Assembly (NCBI GenBank): GCA_037131775.1
Contig: JBAXQK010000004.1
Span: 11,054-75,053, forward strand
Length of the DNA stretch: 64,000 bases
Direction: 5' to 3'
From: Candidatus Uhrbacteria bacterium
GTDB taxonomy: Bacteria > Patescibacteriota > Patescibacteriia > UBA9934 > GWF2-40-263
Below the pieces are notes generated by a model. It was not told the DNA's origin and did not search any database. It saw only the letters and a program-made list of their open reading frames with translations. This document shows, piece by piece, positions 61,104-64,000 of this stretch. Numbering within the stretch: the first letter of the stretch is position 1; the number at the start of each line of letters is the position of its first letter. The position numbers and the translations under genes were made by a program.

Positions 61104-61610
61104 TCAGACTTTCTTCAATCTGTCCACCTCGTTCATCAGCGCCTGCAGATGCGACGTGATCTCGCCAAGCATTTTCTGCTGTGTCCCGTCGCGCGTGATC
61201 TCCTCTTCCTCGTCCTCCTGGATCTCGTCGACGTCCTTTTGGATCTCGTCGACGTCTTCCTGAATCTCATCCACGTCCTCCTGAATCTCGTCCACGTCGC
61301 CTTGGATCTCGTCGACGTCGACCTGAATCTCATCGATGTCCTTTTGGATCTCGTCCACGTCCTCCTCGACGTTCTTAAGGCTCTGGGTCTGGCGGTTCAT
61401 GGTCATCTGGATGAACAGAGCCAGATAGATCGCCTCAAGCGACACGGCCGTGGTCAGGATGAGCAGAACGGTATTCCACTCCGCCATGCCGAACGCCCCA
61501 ACCAGTCCGCACGCGATAAACGCAAGCGTATGAATGACAATCGACGCGACGGATCCGGTCCAGGAAGTGATACGTTCCACGAGCGGGGGAGGGGTTTGGG
61601 TTGGGGTCAT
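61104..61610 (-). CDS. DUF1003-like membrane protein with VDEIQED heptad repeats
   Basis: VSLEAIYLALFIQM; 21-nt tandem units at about 61215-61370. Confidence 0.8.
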   Translation of the reverse strand: MTPTQTPPPLVERITSWTGSVASIVIHTLAFIACGLVGAFGMAEWNTVLLILTTAVSLEAIYLALFIQMTMNRQTQSLKNVEEDVDEIQKDIDEIQVDVDEIQGDVDEIQEDVDEIQEDVDEIQKDVDEIQEDEEEEITRDGTQQKMLGEITSHLQALMNEVDRLKKV

Positions 61611-61683
61611 ATGGGAGGGAGTTGATGGGCTAAGGATAGCGGTTTTCGTAGGATTCGTCCATGAAGTGCTATACTTTCCACGT

Positions 61684-62262
61684 ATGTCCAAATACTGCAT
61701 CTTCGGCGACTCCATCACCCGCGGCGCCGGCGATCCGGAGCACGGCGGCTGGGCCGGACGATTCCTCCGTGAGCGCGAGACCGTCTCCGACGACCGCGTC
61801 TACGTCCTCGGGATCAACGGCGACACGAGCACCGGCCTCCTCGCTCGCGTCGAGGTCGAGGTCCGGGCGCGAAAGGCGGACGCGATCGTGATCATGATCG
61901 GGATCAATGACTCCCGGTACTATGGCTCCAAGGACAAGCCCGAGACGACGATCGACGGATATCGCGAGAACCTGGCGAAGATCGTCGGGATCGCGCGGAC
62001 GTTTACGCCGCGGATCACGATGATCAGCATGACGCGCGTCGACGAGACCAAGACGATGCCGATCGAATGGTCGACGGAAAAGTTCTACGACAACGCCACG
62101 ATCGCGAGCTACGAGTCCGTCCTCCGCGAGTTCTGCGCGTCGGAAGGGTTGCCGTTCGTGGACGTCTCGGACGTCCTGACCGTTGACGACCTCGGGGACG
62201 GGATCCATCCGAACGCGGAGGGATATCGCAAATTATTCGAACGAATTCGTGTATCCGTATGA
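61684..62262 (+). CDS. SGNH/GDSL hydrolase
   Basis: FGDSIT, GIND, DGIHPN. Confidence 0.9.
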   Translation: MSKYCIFGDSITRGAGDPEHGGWAGRFLRERETVSDDRVYVLGINGDTSTGLLARVEVEVRARKADAIVIMIGINDSRYYGSKDKPETTIDGYRENLAKIVGIARTFTPRITMISMTRVDETKTMPIEWSTEKFYDNATIASYESVLREFCASEGLPFVDVSDVLTVDDLGDGIHPNAEGYRKLFERIRVSV

Positions 62263-62846
62263 AGACCATCTATTTCGCCACTTCTAACGCCGCCAAGGTC
62301 GCCAACGCCAATGCCGCGCTCAAGCCGTTCGGGATCAAGGTCAAACAGGCGAAGATCGAGCTCGCCGAGAGCCGGGCCGAGGATCCGGCCGAGATTGCGC
62401 TTGAGAAGGCGAAGCAGGCGTACAAGGCGTTCAAGAAGCCGCTGCTCGTGGAAGATTCGGGGTTCTTCATCAACGCGCTTGGCGGATTTCCCATGACGCA
62501 CATCAAGTTCTCTCTCAAGACGCTCGGCATCGACGGCATCCTCAAGGCGATGCGCGGCGCGAAGGACCGCTCGTGCGAGTGGCGTTTGTCGTTGGCCTAC
62601 GTCTACGCCCCGGGCAAGACCAAGTCGTTCACCTTCGTCGAAAAGGGTGTCATCGCATCGTCTCCGCGCCCGGTGAATCGCGAGACGATGTCGGACTACT
62701 GGCGGCTGTATATCCCGACGATGCTCGACGCGAAGAACAAGAAGGCGCTCTCCGACATGACCGACGCGGAGATGGCGGAGTGGGGCGAATATTTCTACGA
62801 GCACAGCCACTTCCGCCAGCTGGGGAGGTGGCTTGCAAGCAGGTAA
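62259..62846 (+). CDS. Ham1-family non-canonical purine NTP pyrophosphatase
   Basis: FATSNAAK, VEDSGFFINALGGFP. Confidence 0.85.
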   Translation: MKTIYFATSNAAKVANANAALKPFGIKVKQAKIELAESRAEDPAEIALEKAKQAYKAFKKPLLVEDSGFFINALGGFPMTHIKFSLKTLGIDGILKAMRGAKDRSCEWRLSLAYVYAPGKTKSFTFVEKGVIASSPRPVNRETMSDYWRLYIPTMLDAKNKKALSDMTDAEMAEWGEYFYEHSHFRQLGRWLASR

Positions 62847-62911
62847 TCCCTTTGCTACGATCCTCTCACAAGTTATTCCTTTACCGGCGGCTGATATCCG
62901 CCTAGAAACGT

Positions 62912-64000
62912 ATGCCCGACGAACGGCTTTCGCTTCCCGAGAGGGAAAAGCAGATATTGGAGTATTGGGAGAAGAATTCAATCTTCCAGAAATCCTTGGA
63001 AAAGCCGGCTCCGATGGGCGATTTTGTTTTTTACGAGGGGCCGCCGACGGCGAATGGACGGCCTGGCATCCACCATGTGGAAGCCCGCGCCTTCAAGGAT
63101 CTCATTCCGCGGTACAAGACGATGCGCGGATTCCATGTCGATCGAAAAGGTGGCTGGGATACGCACGGGCTGCCGGTCGAGCTTGAGGTTGAAAAGCAGC
63201 TCGGGTTCACGGGGAAGGCGCAGATCGAGGAGTTCGGGATCCGGGAGTTCAACGCGAAGTGCAAGGAGTCCGTGTGGACGTATCTCACCGAGTGGCAGGA
63301 GTTCACCAAGAGGATCGGCTACTGGGTGGACATCGACAACGCGTATGTGACCTACAAGCCGGAGTACGTCGAATCGCTCTGGGGCGTCATCAAGAAGATC
63401 TGGGACCGCGGCCTGCTGTACCAGGATTACCGCGTGACCCCGCACTGCCCGCGCTGCGGGACGAGCTTGTCGTCGCACGAATTGTCACAGGGATACCAGG
63501 ACGTGAAGGACATTTCGGTGTATGCGAAGTTCAAGGTCGTCGGGAAGGACAACGAGTATCTCGTCGCGTGGACGACGACGCCGTGGACGCTGCCGTCGAA
63601 CGTGGCGCTGGCGGTCGGTGAGAAGATTCGGTATGTGAAGGTGAAAGTCGCCGAGGAGTTCGTGTGGTGCGCGAAGGACCGATTGTCCATCGTCGCTCCC
63701 GAGGCTGAGATCGTCGAGGAGGTCGACGGCTCCGCGCTGGTCGGCATGGAATACGAGCCCTTGTATCCGTATGTTCGCGACGCGATCAAGGGGACCGAGC
63801 AGGACAAGAAGGGGTGGTTCGTCGCGGCCGCCGACTTCGTGACGACGACGGACGGATCCGGGATCGTGCACACGGCGGTCATGTATGGCGCCGACGACTT
63901 CGAGCTCGGGAACAAGATCGGTCTGCCGAAGTACCACCTCGTGAAGCTCGACGGGACGTTTTTGCCGAACGCGGACTTCCTCGCCGGCCGTCTCGTTACC
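62912..64000 (+). CDS. ileS: Isoleucyl-tRNA synthetase, type 2 (runs off the window)
   Basis: FYEGPPTANGRPGIHH, GWDTHGLPVE, WTTTPWTLPSN, GSGIVH. Confidence 0.95.
   Translation, partial: MPDERLSLPEREKQILEYWEKNSIFQKSLEKPAPMGDFVFYEGPPTANGRPGIHHVEARAFKDLIPRYKTMRGFHVDRKGGWDTHGLPVELEVEKQLGFTGKAQIEEFGIREFNAKCKESVWTYLTEWQEFTKRIGYWVDIDNAYVTYKPEYVESLWGVIKKIWDRGLLYQDYRVTPHCPRCGTSLSSHELSQGYQDVKDISVYAKFKVVGKDNEYLVAWTTTPWTLPSNVALAVGEKIRYVKVKVAEEFVWCAKDRLSIVAPEAEIVEEVDGSALVGMEYEPLYPYVRDAIKGTEQDKKGWFVAAADFVTTTDGSGIVHTAVMYGADDFELGNKIGLPKYHLVKLDGTFLPNADFLAGRLVT

Overview
GC-rich chromosomal window, most likely from a Patescibacteria (CPR) genome of the Uhrbacteria/ABY1 type. This is an inference from the 23S-5S rRNA pair with no 16S upstream, the CPR-type 'G.LI.G..AVYY..DG.RYVFPN.KTYFTWY' surface proteins, the split transketolase in a pfkB/fba/rpe/rpiB cluster, and a type-2 IleRS. 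Housekeeping genes (ruvB, lysC, pyrF, rlmH, fba, tkt, rpe, rpiB, ileS, five tRNAs, 23S/5S) alternate with accessory tracts. The best new signal is an apparently complete leader-peptide transcription attenuator at 12778-12935 (minus strand). It has a promoter, a near-leaderless 21-aa peptide with four tandem Asn codons, and mutually exclusive 1:2, 2:3 and terminator hairpins, and its only downstream cargo is a tRNA-Asn gene. Other notable items: an array of seven promoter-gene-terminator cassettes between tRNA-Asn and tRNA-Leu; several families of short palindromes inserted in frame in proteins; a four-helix-bundle gene flanked by inverted 9-nt repeat arms that bury the rpe start; a ~550-bp inverted-repeat element in the glycolytic cluster; and a degraded island with a tRNA-Asn fragment and head-to-head truncated ter-associated genes. 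All family calls come from motif recognition by eye; no database searches were run.
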